A DNA stretch of 64,000 bases, taken from sequence record SRR20825006_1074; one strand, 5' to 3'. Under the pieces are notes generated by a model. It worked only from the letters and a program-made list of their open reading frames with translations. It was not told the origin of the DNA and did no database searches. This document shows, in pieces, positions 30,272-39,191 of this stretch. The stretch's first letter is position 1. Each line of letters starts with the position of its first letter. A program made the position numbers and the translations under genes.

Positions 30272-30946
30272 ATGCATATCGAACCCGGAATCGTCACTGG
30301 CGCAAAAATTGCGCTGTCTTATGCCACTGCCGCTGGTGCTGGCCTCTACACTCTCAAACAATCCATCACCGCATTGAGCGAAAAAGGCGTGGCCTCTTTT
30401 GCGGCCCGCGCAGCGCTCTCAACAGCGGCTGTATTTACCTTTTTCCAAGTGCTGCCGCATCACGCGGTTGGCGTGTCTGAGGTCCATTTGATCCTCGGCT
30501 CCACGCTGTTCTTGCTGTTCGGTGCGGCCCCTGCCGCGCTTGGTTTGGCCCTTGGCCTTTTGGCGCAGGGCCTGTTCTTTGCCCCCTTCGATCTGCCGCA
30601 ATACGGCATGAATGTCACCACCCTGCTCGTACCGCTCTTTGGCATCAAAGCCGTCGCAGAGCGCATTATCGCACCGGGCACCGCCTATGCCGATATCAGC
30701 TACAAGCAAGCCCTCGCACTCTCAACCACCTATCAAGCCGGGATCGTGGCATGGGTTGGTTTCTGGGCATTTTACGGCCAAGGGGTCTCCGCCACCACAC
30801 TGGCCTCCGTCGGCACATTCGGTGCGGCTTACATGACCGTCATCTTGATCGAACCGTTGGTGGATTTGGCCGTTTTGGCCGGGGCAAAAACGATCAAAGG
30901 TCTGGGTAACTCCGGCCTCGTGTCGCCGCGCACCTTGGCCGCCTGA
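30272..30946 (+). CDS. CbiM/NikM-like ECF S-component cobalt transporter
   Basis: MHIEPG N-terminus, VSEVHLILG, about 7 TM segments; AGGAGG SD; under the B12 riboswitch. Confidence 0.85.
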   Translation: MHIEPGIVTGAKIALSYATAAGAGLYTLKQSITALSEKGVASFAARAALSTAAVFTFFQVLPHHAVGVSEVHLILGSTLFLLFGAAPAALGLALGLLAQGLFFAPFDLPQYGMNVTTLLVPLFGIKAVAERIIAPGTAYADISYKQALALSTTYQAGIVAWVGFWAFYGQGVSATTLASVGTFGAAYMTVILIEPLVDLAVLAGAKTIKGLGNSGLVSPRTLAA

Positions 30947-30969
30947 GACCGCTCATTTCAATGATTTCG

Positions 30970-31006
30970 CGCCGGGGCTCGGGACATCCTGTGGCCCCGG
31001 CGTTTT
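30970..31006 (+). terminator. hairpin / possible weak terminator between cbiM-like gene and cobW
   Basis: CGCCGGGGC...GCCCCGGCG followed by TTTT. Confidence 0.5.
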
Positions 31007-31023
31007 CATAAAGGACATCTAAA

Positions 31024-32073
31024 ATGGCTGCGAAAATTCCAGCAACGGTTGTGACCGGCTTTCTTGGCGCGGGCAAAACCACTCTCATTCGTCACATGTT
31101 GGCCAACGCGGGTGGCAAACGCATCGCTTTGATTATCAACGAATTTGGTGATCTGGGCGTCGACGGTGACATCCTCAAAGGCTGTGGCGACGAGACCTGC
31201 ACCGAGGACGACATCATGGAGCTTTCGAATGGCTGCATCTGCTGCACGGTCGCGGAGGATTTCATCCCGACGATGCAAAAACTATTGGAACGGGACAATA
31301 AACCCGACCATATCGTGATTGAAACATCCGGCCTCGCCCTGCCGCAACCTTTGGTGCGCGCGTTCAATTGGCCGGAGATTTCGACCAAAGTCACCGTCGA
31401 TGGTGTGATCACCGTGGTGGATGGCAAGGCGGTTGATGAGGGCCGGTTCGCCCATAATGTCGCCGCCGTTGATGCCCAGCGCAAACTCGACGAAAACCTA
31501 GATCACGAAACCCCGCTCTCTGAGCTGTTCGAAGATCAAATCGCCTGTGCCGATATGATCGTAGTGAACAAAGCCGACCTTTTGGGCGAAGATCACGCCG
31601 ACGCTTTGGTTGCCAAACTCAAAGGCGAGGCACGCGGCGGTGTTCAGGTTGTGCGCGCAAGCATGGGCGTGTTGCCGATTGATGTTTTGCTGGGTCAGGG
31701 AATCGGATCAGAGGGCGATATGGACGCACGCGGCGAGGTGCATCATCATCACCACGATGATGAGGACGACGATCACCACCATCATGATCATGACGAGTTT
31801 GAAAGCTTTGTCGTCACGCGCGGCGAGATCAAAGACCCCAAGGCCTTTGCCCGTCAAATCGCCGAGGTGATCCGCGCCCATGACATCCTGCGCCTCAAGG
31901 GATTCGTGGCGGTCGAGGGCAAACCGATGCGCCTCACCGTTCAGGCCGTTGGCCCCCGCGTCGATCACTATTTCGACCAACCCTTTGGCACCGCGCCGCG
32001 GGATACGCGGCTGGTCGTCATTGGCGAAGCGGGCCTTGATCGCCTGTCAATCGAGACCGCGCTGAGTGCCTAA
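31024..32073 (+). CDS. cobW: cobalamin biosynthesis GTPase / cobalt chaperone CobW
   Basis: TGFLGAGKTT, NEFG, GCICC, IETSGLALPQPL, NKAD, His-rich insert. Confidence 0.96.
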   Translation: MAAKIPATVVTGFLGAGKTTLIRHMLANAGGKRIALIINEFGDLGVDGDILKGCGDETCTEDDIMELSNGCICCTVAEDFIPTMQKLLERDNKPDHIVIETSGLALPQPLVRAFNWPEISTKVTVDGVITVVDGKAVDEGRFAHNVAAVDAQRKLDENLDHETPLSELFEDQIACADMIVVNKADLLGEDHADALVAKLKGEARGGVQVVRASMGVLPIDVLLGQGIGSEGDMDARGEVHHHHHDDEDDDHHHHDHDEFESFVVTRGEIKDPKAFARQIAEVIRAHDILRLKGFVAVEGKPMRLTVQAVGPRVDHYFDQPFGTAPRDTRLVVIGEAGLDRLSIETALSA

Positions 32074-32092
32074 ATGATAAGAGAAAAGCGGC

Positions 32093-32260
32093 TTACTTGT
32101 CGCTTTTCTTTGCCTCAGCCGCCGCTTTCATCCGGGCCAAAAGCTCCGCCTTGGGCGTCTTTGTCCCATAGGGGTTTTTCGATGTCCCCTTGGCGTTATG
32201 TTCATCATGCTTCGGTGCGTTCTTGCCACGTTTTGGGGCGCCCATTTTACCATAATCCAT
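32093..32260 (-). CDS. small basic protein, 55 aa (not in ORF track)
   Basis: AGGAG SD then ATG 32260: MDYGKMGAPKRGKNAPKHDEHNAKGTSKNPYGTKTPKAELLARMKAAAEAKKSDK; occupies the cobW-cobN gap. Confidence 0.7.
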   Translation of the reverse strand: MDYGKMGAPKRGKNAPKHDEHNAKGTSKNPYGTKTPKAELLARMKAAAEAKKSDK

Positions 32261-32329
32261 TGAGGGGTCTCCTGAGAGTTTCCCCGCTCATGACGCAAGA
32301 CGCGCGGTAAGACAAGGAAAGAGAAAGCG

Positions 32330-35300
32330 ATGCACCTGCTCGCGGCCACCCCCGGCTCCATTGATGATGGCAAAGACGCGGTCGATCTGGGGCAAACCCC
32401 CGCCGATCTGGTGGTGATTTCCGCCGCAGATACCGAGCTTGCCCTGCTCTCAGAGGCACGCAGTACAATGGCTGCGCCCCCCGCGATGCGCTTGGCTTCG
32501 ATGTTACATTTGCGTCACCCGATGTCGGTCGACATGCATCTGGATGACTGCGCCACCAAATCCAAACTGGTGATTGCACGGGTGCTCGGCGGATCGGGTT
32601 ATTGGAAATACGGCTTGGAGCAATATGCCGCGCGGCTCTATGAGGCGGGCGTGCCTTTCGTCGCCCTGCCCGGTGATGACAAACCCGACGCGGAACTGGC
32701 CGCCTTGTCGACGATCCCGACAGAGGATTACCACCAACTTTGGGCCTATCTGACCGAAGGTGGCGCGGAAAATGCGGTGGCGTTCTTGACCTACGCGCGT
32801 GCCTTGATCGACGGTGGCGACAGGCCCGGCCCCGCCAAACCGCTGTTGCGGGCAGGACTCTATTGGCCTGGCAATGGGATAGCTGACCTAGATCAGATAA
32901 AGTCGCAGTGGCAAGAGGGTGCGCCCGTGGTACCGCTGATCTTTTATCGTGCTCTGGTACAGGGAGCGGGGCTTGCGCCGATAAACCGCTTGGTGAAGTC
33001 GCTGTTGCGCCAGGGGTTGAACCCGATGCCGATCTTTGTCGCCTCACTGAAAGATCCAATTTCTGCCGCCACATTAGAAGCGCTGTTTTTAGACGCCCCG
33101 CCGGACGTGATCCTCAACTGCACCGCCTTCGCGGTCGGCACGCCCGATGGCGGCGGCCCGGACAATCCCCTCGCCGCCCCTTCGGCCAATCAGGCACCGG
33201 TGTTCCAAGTCGTGCTTGCGGGCTCGTCGCATGAGGCATGGGAGGCGGGCACCACGGGACTTTCCGCCCGCGATATTGCGATGAACGTCGCCCTGCCCGA
33301 AATTGATGGTCGCATTCTGTCGCGTGCTGTCTCATTCAAAGGCGAGGCTTATTTTGACGCCGCCACCGAATGCACCATCGCCACCTATCATGCGGACGGA
33401 TCGCGCATTGCTTTTGTTGCGGAACTGGCCGCCCGCTGGGCCCATCTGCGCCGCGCCGACAAGGCAGACCGCAAACTGGCGCTGATCCTCGCCAACTATC
33501 CAAATAAGGATGGGCGTTTGGCCAATGGTGTTGGCCTCGACACACCCGCCGCCACGGTGAACACCCTCAAAGCGCTCTCCAGTCAGGGCTACTCAGTCGA
33601 GGGCGTACCGGATGACAGCGATGCCTTGATGCAGGCGATTTTGTCAGGTCCAACCAATTGGCTGACAGATCGCTCCATACGTGAGGGCGGTGTGCGCTTG
33701 TCACTCGATGCGTATAAAAGCGCATATAATTCTATCCCTTACGAGGCCCGGCAAGAGATTGAAGCGCGTTGGGGTCCCCCCGAAGACGATCCGTTTGTGG
33801 GGCAAGATGGCTTTGCGCTTTCTGTGCTACGTTATGGCAACGCGGTCGTCGGAATCCAGCCCGCGCGCGGGTATAACATTGACCCGACCGAGACCTATCA
33901 CGCCCCTGACCTTGTGCCGCCACACAATTATCTGGCCTTCTACTTTTGGCTCCGTTTTGAATTTGGCGCCGACGCGTTGGTCCATATGGGCAAACATGGC
34001 AATCTCGAATGGCTGCCCGGCAAGGCGCTTGCGCTCTCGGAGACCTGTTATCCCGAGGTCATCATGGGACCGATGCCGCATCTTTATCCGTTTATCGTCA
34101 ACGATCCGGGCGAGGGCACACAGGCCAAACGCCGCGCCCAAGCGGTGATCTTGGATCACCTCACCCCGCCTTTGACCCGTGCCGAAACCTACGGCCCACT
34201 GCGTGATCTTGAGGCTCTGGTGGACGAGTATTTCGAAGCCGCGGGCGTCGATCCGCGCCGCATCGCCAGCCTACGAAAAGAAATTTTGAGCCTCTCCTCC
34301 GTAACCGGACTGGACCACGACGTCGGCATGACCGGACGCGATGAGGACGGCGATCTGGCGAAACTTGATGCCTACCTGTGTGAACTGAAAGAAGCGCAAA
34401 TCCGCGATGGGTTGCACATCTTTGGCACCGCTCCCGAAGGCCGTTTGGCGCGGGATTTGGGTCTGGCTTTGGTGCGTGTGCCTCGGGGCAACGGCACGGG
34501 GGCTGATGCCTCCTTTGTGCGGGCTTTGGCTCTGGATTTGGGCCTTAACTTTGATCCGCTCGACTGTGACATGGCCGCACCATGGGAGGGGCCGAAACCC
34601 AATTGCCTGACTAAAGTCAGCAATTCAAATTGGCGCAGTCATGGCGACACCGTTGAGCGATTGGAGCTGTTGTGTGCAACCCTTTTAGATGAGCAAGCTG
34701 ACGCCCCCGGCCCTGCCTCAGCTTTGGTGTTGGCGCATCTGCGCGATACCGTTTTGCCCACGGTGACGGCCTGTGGCCCCGCCGAGATGTCCGCGCTTTT
34801 AACCGGTCTTGACGGTCGGTTTATTCCCCCCGGCCCCTCAGGTGCCCCCACACGCGGGCGGTTGGATGTTCTGCCCACCGGGCGCAACTTTTTCTCTGTC
34901 GATGCCCGCGCCGTGCCAACACAGACCGCATGGCAACTCGGGTGGAAATCGGCCAATCTTTTGATTGAACGGCATTTGCAGGACCAAGGCGACTGGCCGC
35001 GCGCGATGTTGGTCACTGCTTGGGGCACCGCCAATATGCGCACGGGCGGAGACGACATTGCGCAGGCTTTGGCGCTGATGGGGGTCAAGCCGACATGGGA
35101 TGCGATGTCGCGCCGCGTCACCGGGTTTGAAATCCTACCGGCTTCGGTTTTGGGCCGTCCGCGCGTGGATGTGACGCTCAGGGTTTCCGGCTTTTTCCGC
35201 GATGCCTTTCCGCAACTGATCGCGCTGGTCGATAGTGCTGCGCGCGCGGTTCAGGCCTTGGACGAATCTGATGCGGACAATCCCGCCGCAGCGCGGGCGC

Positions 35301-36007
35301 GCAGGGGCGCAAGCACGGCGCGGGTGTTTGGATCAAAACCCGGTGCTTACGGCGCAGGACTTCAGGCAATGATCGACGAGAGGATTTGGGACAACCGATC
35401 CGATCTGGCCGATGCCTATTTGGAATGGGGCGGCTATACCTATGGCGCGGGACAAGAGGGCGTGAAGGATCGCGCCGGATTTGCCGCACGCCTGTCCGAA
35501 GTCGAAGCCATCGTGCAAAACCAAGACAACCGCGAGCACGACCTGTTGGACAGTGACGATTACTACCAATTTGAGGGTGGTGCAGCGGCAGCGGTCGCGA
35601 CATTACAGGGGCAAGATCGACCGATCTATCACAACGACCATTCCCGCCCCGAACGCCCGGTGATCCGCACATTGGACGAAGAAATCGGCCGGGTGATCCG
35701 CTCGCGCGTGGTCAATCCGAAATGGATCGACGGGGTCAAACGCCATGGCTACAAGGGCGCCTTTGAAATCGCCGCCACGGTCGATTACCTCTTTGCCTTT
35801 TCGGCCACGACCCATGCGGTCAAGGACCACCATTTCGATCACGTATACGGCGCCTTCATTGAGGATAACGTGACCCGCACATTTATTGCGGATCACAACG
35901 CGCCTGCGCTCAAAGAGATCGCAGAGCGGCTTTTGGAGGCCATAGAACGTGGGCTTTGGCAGCCTCGATCCAATTCAGCCCGCGCACTGTTGGAGGGACT
36001 CGCATGA
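32330..36007 (+). CDS. cobN: cobaltochelatase large subunit
   Basis: MHLLAATPG, ALPEIDG, HMGKHGNLEWLPGK, DGLH, LPTGRNF, NPKWIDGVKRHGYKGA; 1225 aa. Confidence 0.97.
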   Translation: MHLLAATPGSIDDGKDAVDLGQTPADLVVISAADTELALLSEARSTMAAPPAMRLASMLHLRHPMSVDMHLDDCATKSKLVIARVLGGSGYWKYGLEQYAARLYEAGVPFVALPGDDKPDAELAALSTIPTEDYHQLWAYLTEGGAENAVAFLTYARALIDGGDRPGPAKPLLRAGLYWPGNGIADLDQIKSQWQEGAPVVPLIFYRALVQGAGLAPINRLVKSLLRQGLNPMPIFVASLKDPISAATLEALFLDAPPDVILNCTAFAVGTPDGGGPDNPLAAPSANQAPVFQVVLAGSSHEAWEAGTTGLSARDIAMNVALPEIDGRILSRAVSFKGEAYFDAATECTIATYHADGSRIAFVAELAARWAHLRRADKADRKLALILANYPNKDGRLANGVGLDTPAATVNTLKALSSQGYSVEGVPDDSDALMQAILSGPTNWLTDRSIREGGVRLSLDAYKSAYNSIPYEARQEIEARWGPPEDDPFVGQDGFALSVLRYGNAVVGIQPARGYNIDPTETYHAPDLVPPHNYLAFYFWLRFEFGADALVHMGKHGNLEWLPGKALALSETCYPEVIMGPMPHLYPFIVNDPGEGTQAKRRAQAVILDHLTPPLTRAETYGPLRDLEALVDEYFEAAGVDPRRIASLRKEILSLSSVTGLDHDVGMTGRDEDGDLAKLDAYLCELKEAQIRDGLHIFGTAPEGRLARDLGLALVRVPRGNGTGADASFVRALALDLGLNFDPLDCDMAAPWEGPKPNCLTKVSNSNWRSHGDTVERLELLCATLLDEQADAPGPASALVLAHLRDTVLPTVTACGPAEMSALLTGLDGRFIPPGPSGAPTRGRLDVLPTGRNFFSVDARAVPTQTAWQLGWKSANLLIERHLQDQGDWPRAMLVTAWGTANMRTGGDDIAQALALMGVKPTWDAMSRRVTGFEILPASVLGRPRVDVTLRVSGFFRDAFPQLIALVDSAARAVQALDESDADNPAAARARRGASTARVFGSKPGAYGAGLQAMIDERIWDNRSDLADAYLEWGGYTYGAGQEGVKDRAGFAARLSEVEAIVQNQDNREHDLLDSDDYYQFEGGAAAAVATLQGQDRPIYHNDHSRPERPVIRTLDEEIGRVIRSRVVNPKWIDGVKRHGYKGAFEIAATVDYLFAFSATTHAVKDHHFDHVYGAFIEDNVTRTFIADHNAPALKEIAERLLEAIERGLWQPRSNSARALLEGLA

Positions 36008-36483
36008 TCCCGGAACGGATTTTGGCACATGATCCCCGACTTCCGGAGGTTTTGCGGCTGATCCAAACGGAATTTGCCGATATGGATGGGCGGGTTGATC
36101 CCCCGTCCTCGATGCATCGCCTCACGTTGGGCTCGATTGCGCAAGAGGCCGAGATGCATGAAATCTGGGCCATGGGCTCGCCGCCCGTTGCCTGTGTGAT
36201 CCTGACGCCAAAGCCCGGGCGGCTGTATATCGGCAAGCTTGCGGTGGCAAAGTCTCAGCGTGGACAGGGGCTTGCCCGTGATCTCATGCATCATGCCGAA
36301 GTGCGGGCTTTGGACTTGGGGTTTGCGGTTTTGGAGCTTCAGACGCGGGTGGAATTGGTCGAAAACCACGCCACCTTCCGCGCCTTGGGCTTTGAGGAGT
36401 GTGGGCGTACGGCACATGTCGGATATGATCGACCCACCTCGATCACGTTCCAAAAACGCCTCAGCGCCACCGCCAAGGTTTGA
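36004..36483 (+). CDS. GNAT family N-acetyltransferase
   Basis: LYIGKLAV...QRGQGLA acetyl-CoA motif; ATGA overlap with cobN. Confidence 0.87.
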   Translation: MIPERILAHDPRLPEVLRLIQTEFADMDGRVDPPSSMHRLTLGSIAQEAEMHEIWAMGSPPVACVILTPKPGRLYIGKLAVAKSQRGQGLARDLMHHAEVRALDLGFAVLELQTRVELVENHATFRALGFEECGRTAHVGYDRPTSITFQKRLSATAKV

Positions 36484-36835
36484 TGTTACAGGTCCCCGCG
36501 ACCCACTCTTTGGCCGCAGTCCCTGTGCTACACTCCAACTGCCCCTTGGACATGGCCTGATCCCCCACAAACGTTCCCTTTTTGAGGGCACAGCCCGTCA
36601 CCAGAACCGCAGCTTCTTCCATTTCCAACAGAATTTGCAGGCGTGAAGGCGGCGGGAACACCATGTTCACCCGATGTACCTCGACACAATTTCGGGTCTC
36701 TTCGGTGTAGACGCGGTAGGTATTTCCGCCCAGTTCGACGGAGGAAAACCCTGCGCGGGAGTAGCCCAAGGCTGGGCTGTCGGCGACACATGCGGGGAAG
36801 ATCAAAAACGGCAGAAGGGTGAGGACGTGTTTCAT
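36461..36835 (-). CDS. hypothetical lipoprotein-like protein
   Basis: MKHVLTLLPFLIFPAC signal ending in Cys; 124 aa. Confidence 0.65.
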   Translation of the reverse strand: MKHVLTLLPFLIFPACVADSPALGYSRAGFSSVELGGNTYRVYTEETRNCVEVHRVNMVFPPPSRLQILLEMEEAAVLVTGCALKKGTFVGDQAMSKGQLECSTGTAAKEWVAGTCNIKPWRWR

Positions 36836-36857
36836 CCGCCCAGATTGGCCGGACATG

Positions 36858-36873
36858 GTTAACAGAGCGTTAA
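36858..36873 (-). promoter_or_regulatory. CtrA-type binding site TTAA-N7-TTAAC
   Basis: Minus strand TTAA CGCTCTG TTAAC, about 22 nt upstream of ATG 36835. Confidence 0.6.
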
Positions 36874-36909
36874 ACGTCCCTATCAAACGCAATCACACAG
36901 CATAGAGAG

Positions 36910-37758
36910 CTAAAACGACTGCGTGTCGCCTCGTTTGGGGTCCAAAAGGTTCGAGGGGCCAGATTCCAGCACTTCAACCTCATCCCCAAGCACAATGCTG
37001 CCCGGCTCTTCGACCACAAGATTTTGACCAAAGATAATTTTTCCGGTCACTGCCCGGTGAATACGGCGCAGCGTTGCCAACGGTTCGTTGCGATGGGTCT
37101 GCTCGCCGGTGCTTGGGTCCTGCGTGACCATGACACACCGCTCACAGGGCTTGACCACACGGAAAATCGTCGACCCGATGCGGATCACTTTCCATGTGTC
37201 TTCGGACCACGGTTCAATATCGCCACCGACAACAACATTTGGGCGAAAACGGCGCATTTCGACGGGGGTTTCAAGCTCCGCATTGAGTTCGGCCAGCGAG
37301 GCTTGCGTGGTCAAAAGCACGGGAAACCCGTCAGACAGTGCCGTGAAATGATCACCCGGCGCATAGGCGCGATCCACGACACGCTGTGCCGTGTCAGGAA
37401 AATAGACCAGCCTCACTTCGCGTTCGAGCGCGGAGGAGAGGAAATGCGAAGCGTAGTTGCCAGCATCCTCAACCCCATCAATCCCGGTCGAAAACACTTT
37501 GACCTTACAGGGCGCGCCGGACGGAATCGGAATATCAAAACGGTCACTTTCAAAGGAGATCGAAATTCCATGTGGCGTGGTCACCGCGCTCAAATGCGCC
37601 AACCGTGGCAACTCCCGGCGGGTCGCAACCACGCCATTGGCATAAACCACAGCCCAGCGCCGGTCGCCTTCAACCCCCAAACCACGCACCTCAGCCGCGG
37701 CCATATCTGTGCCGCTGACGCTTTTGACAGGGTAGGTTGTGATGCGTGCAAGTTTCAT
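36910..37758 (-). CDS. MOSC domain-containing protein (YcbX/mARC-like)
   Basis: YPVKS, GDRRW, DGFP, RFRPN, KPCERC, FGQN. Confidence 0.92.
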   Translation of the reverse strand: MKLARITTYPVKSVSGTDMAAAEVRGLGVEGDRRWAVVYANGVVATRRELPRLAHLSAVTTPHGISISFESDRFDIPIPSGAPCKVKVFSTGIDGVEDAGNYASHFLSSALEREVRLVYFPDTAQRVVDRAYAPGDHFTALSDGFPVLLTTQASLAELNAELETPVEMRRFRPNVVVGGDIEPWSEDTWKVIRIGSTIFRVVKPCERCVMVTQDPSTGEQTHRNEPLATLRRIHRAVTGKIIFGQNLVVEEPGSIVLGDEVEVLESGPSNLLDPKRGDTQSF

Positions 37759-38103
37759 TGGCTCCTCGGTCGCCGGTTCAAGATTGGCCCACTCATAAGT
37801 GATTCGTCCACGAAAGAGCAGTTGGCTCAAAAGACAGGCGCGCGCATGCTATTTGGCTGCGCCATGCGCCCCCGACTCAACTGTAAATCGCTCCCCTTAA
37901 CCCTACGCCAATTTGGCTGCGCACAAAACGCTCCGCGACCAAAACCTGCGCAATTCGTATTCCCCGCCCTCCTAAAGTACACGTTCTTAGGGAGCGGCCT
38001 TTTTCTTGCGTCCGGCGTCTTGCATCCGGCCATCCCCGCTTGCAGCCCTTAGCCCGCGCTGCGATGATGCCCTTTGACGCGAAAGCAAAACAAAGGGCGC
38101 GAC

Positions 38104-38466
38104 ATGATCCTACATTTCGGACTGTTTTTGGGCTTTCAGCTTGTCGGAGAAACAATCGCACGGATTTTTGCATTGCGCTTACCCGGCCCAGTGATTGGCA
38201 TGATCCTTTTGGCGGTTCTGCTTTTGACGCGCCCCAAAATCGGCACAGCCATTGAGAAAACCGCGACCGGATTTTTATCGCATCTGTCCTTGCTTTATGT
38301 GCCTGCGGGCGTCGGCATCGTGCAATATCTTGATCAAGTGTCTGAAATCGGCCTGCCTTTGGCCGTGGCTCTTGTCGGCTCGACTGTTCTGGCCATTGCT
38401 GCGGGTGCTCTGACATTCAAATACGTCAACCGCCTGCTGGGTGTCGCCGATGAGACGCCGCTATGA
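38104..38466 (+). CDS. CidA/LrgA family membrane protein
   Basis: FQLVGE, LPGPVIGM, LLYVPAGVG. Confidence 0.9.
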   Translation: MILHFGLFLGFQLVGETIARIFALRLPGPVIGMILLAVLLLTRPKIGTAIEKTATGFLSHLSLLYVPAGVGIVQYLDQVSEIGLPLAVALVGSTVLAIAAGALTFKYVNRLLGVADETPL

Positions 38467-39179
38467 CCGACATTCTCGACATTTGGAGCTATCTGGCCGA
38501 GGGGCAATTGCTTTGGCTCACGCTGACGCTTATGGCCTATTTGGTGGGTGATGGCTGTTTTCGCCTTGCCGGGCGCAAACCCTTTGTGAACCCGGTGTTG
38601 ATCGCGATGATCCTGTTAACCGTGCTGTTGAAGGTCACCGGCACCTCGTATGCGATCTATTTTGAAGGCGCGCAATTCGTCCATTTCATGCTCGGCCCGG
38701 CCACCGTCGCCCTTGCCGTGCCGCTGTGGTCCAATTGGCAAAAGGTCAAAAACGCTGCCGTGCCGATGATCGCAGCCCTTCTCGTGGGAGCCTTTGTCGC
38801 CATGGGGTCGGCTGTGGCAATCGGCGCCGCCTGTGGGCTACGCGGCGATGTGCTTTTGTCGCTGGTGCCCAAATCCGCCACCTCCCCGGTCGCCATTGGC
38901 GTGGCCGAGGCCATCGGCGGCTTGCCAACCCTCACCGTCGCCTTGGTGCTGATCACTGGGGTGATCGGCGCGGTGGTGACAACACCTTTGCTCAACACCA
39001 TCGGCGTACGCGACTACCGCGCGCGCGGGTTTGCCACAGGGGTAGCCGCCCATGGCATCGGCACTGCGCGGGCCTTTCAGGTCCACGGCACCGCTGGGGC
39101 GTTTGCCGGGATCGGCATGGTCCTGAACGCCATTCTCACAGCGCTCCTTGCGCCGCTTTTCGTCCAACTCTTTATGTAA
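38463..39179 (+). CDS. LrgB/CidB family membrane protein
   Basis: LGPATVALAVPL, PKSATSPVA, AAHGIGTARA. Confidence 0.92.
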   Translation: MTDILDIWSYLAEGQLLWLTLTLMAYLVGDGCFRLAGRKPFVNPVLIAMILLTVLLKVTGTSYAIYFEGAQFVHFMLGPATVALAVPLWSNWQKVKNAAVPMIAALLVGAFVAMGSAVAIGAACGLRGDVLLSLVPKSATSPVAIGVAEAIGGLPTLTVALVLITGVIGAVVTTPLLNTIGVRDYRARGFATGVAAHGIGTARAFQVHGTAGAFAGIGMVLNAILTALLAPLFVQLFM

Positions 39180-39191
39180 ATGGAGGTCCCT

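Noticed and set aside
37760-38010. Moco riboswitch upstream of the MOSC gene
   Set aside because: I could not find the characteristic Moco-element motifs on the minus strand.
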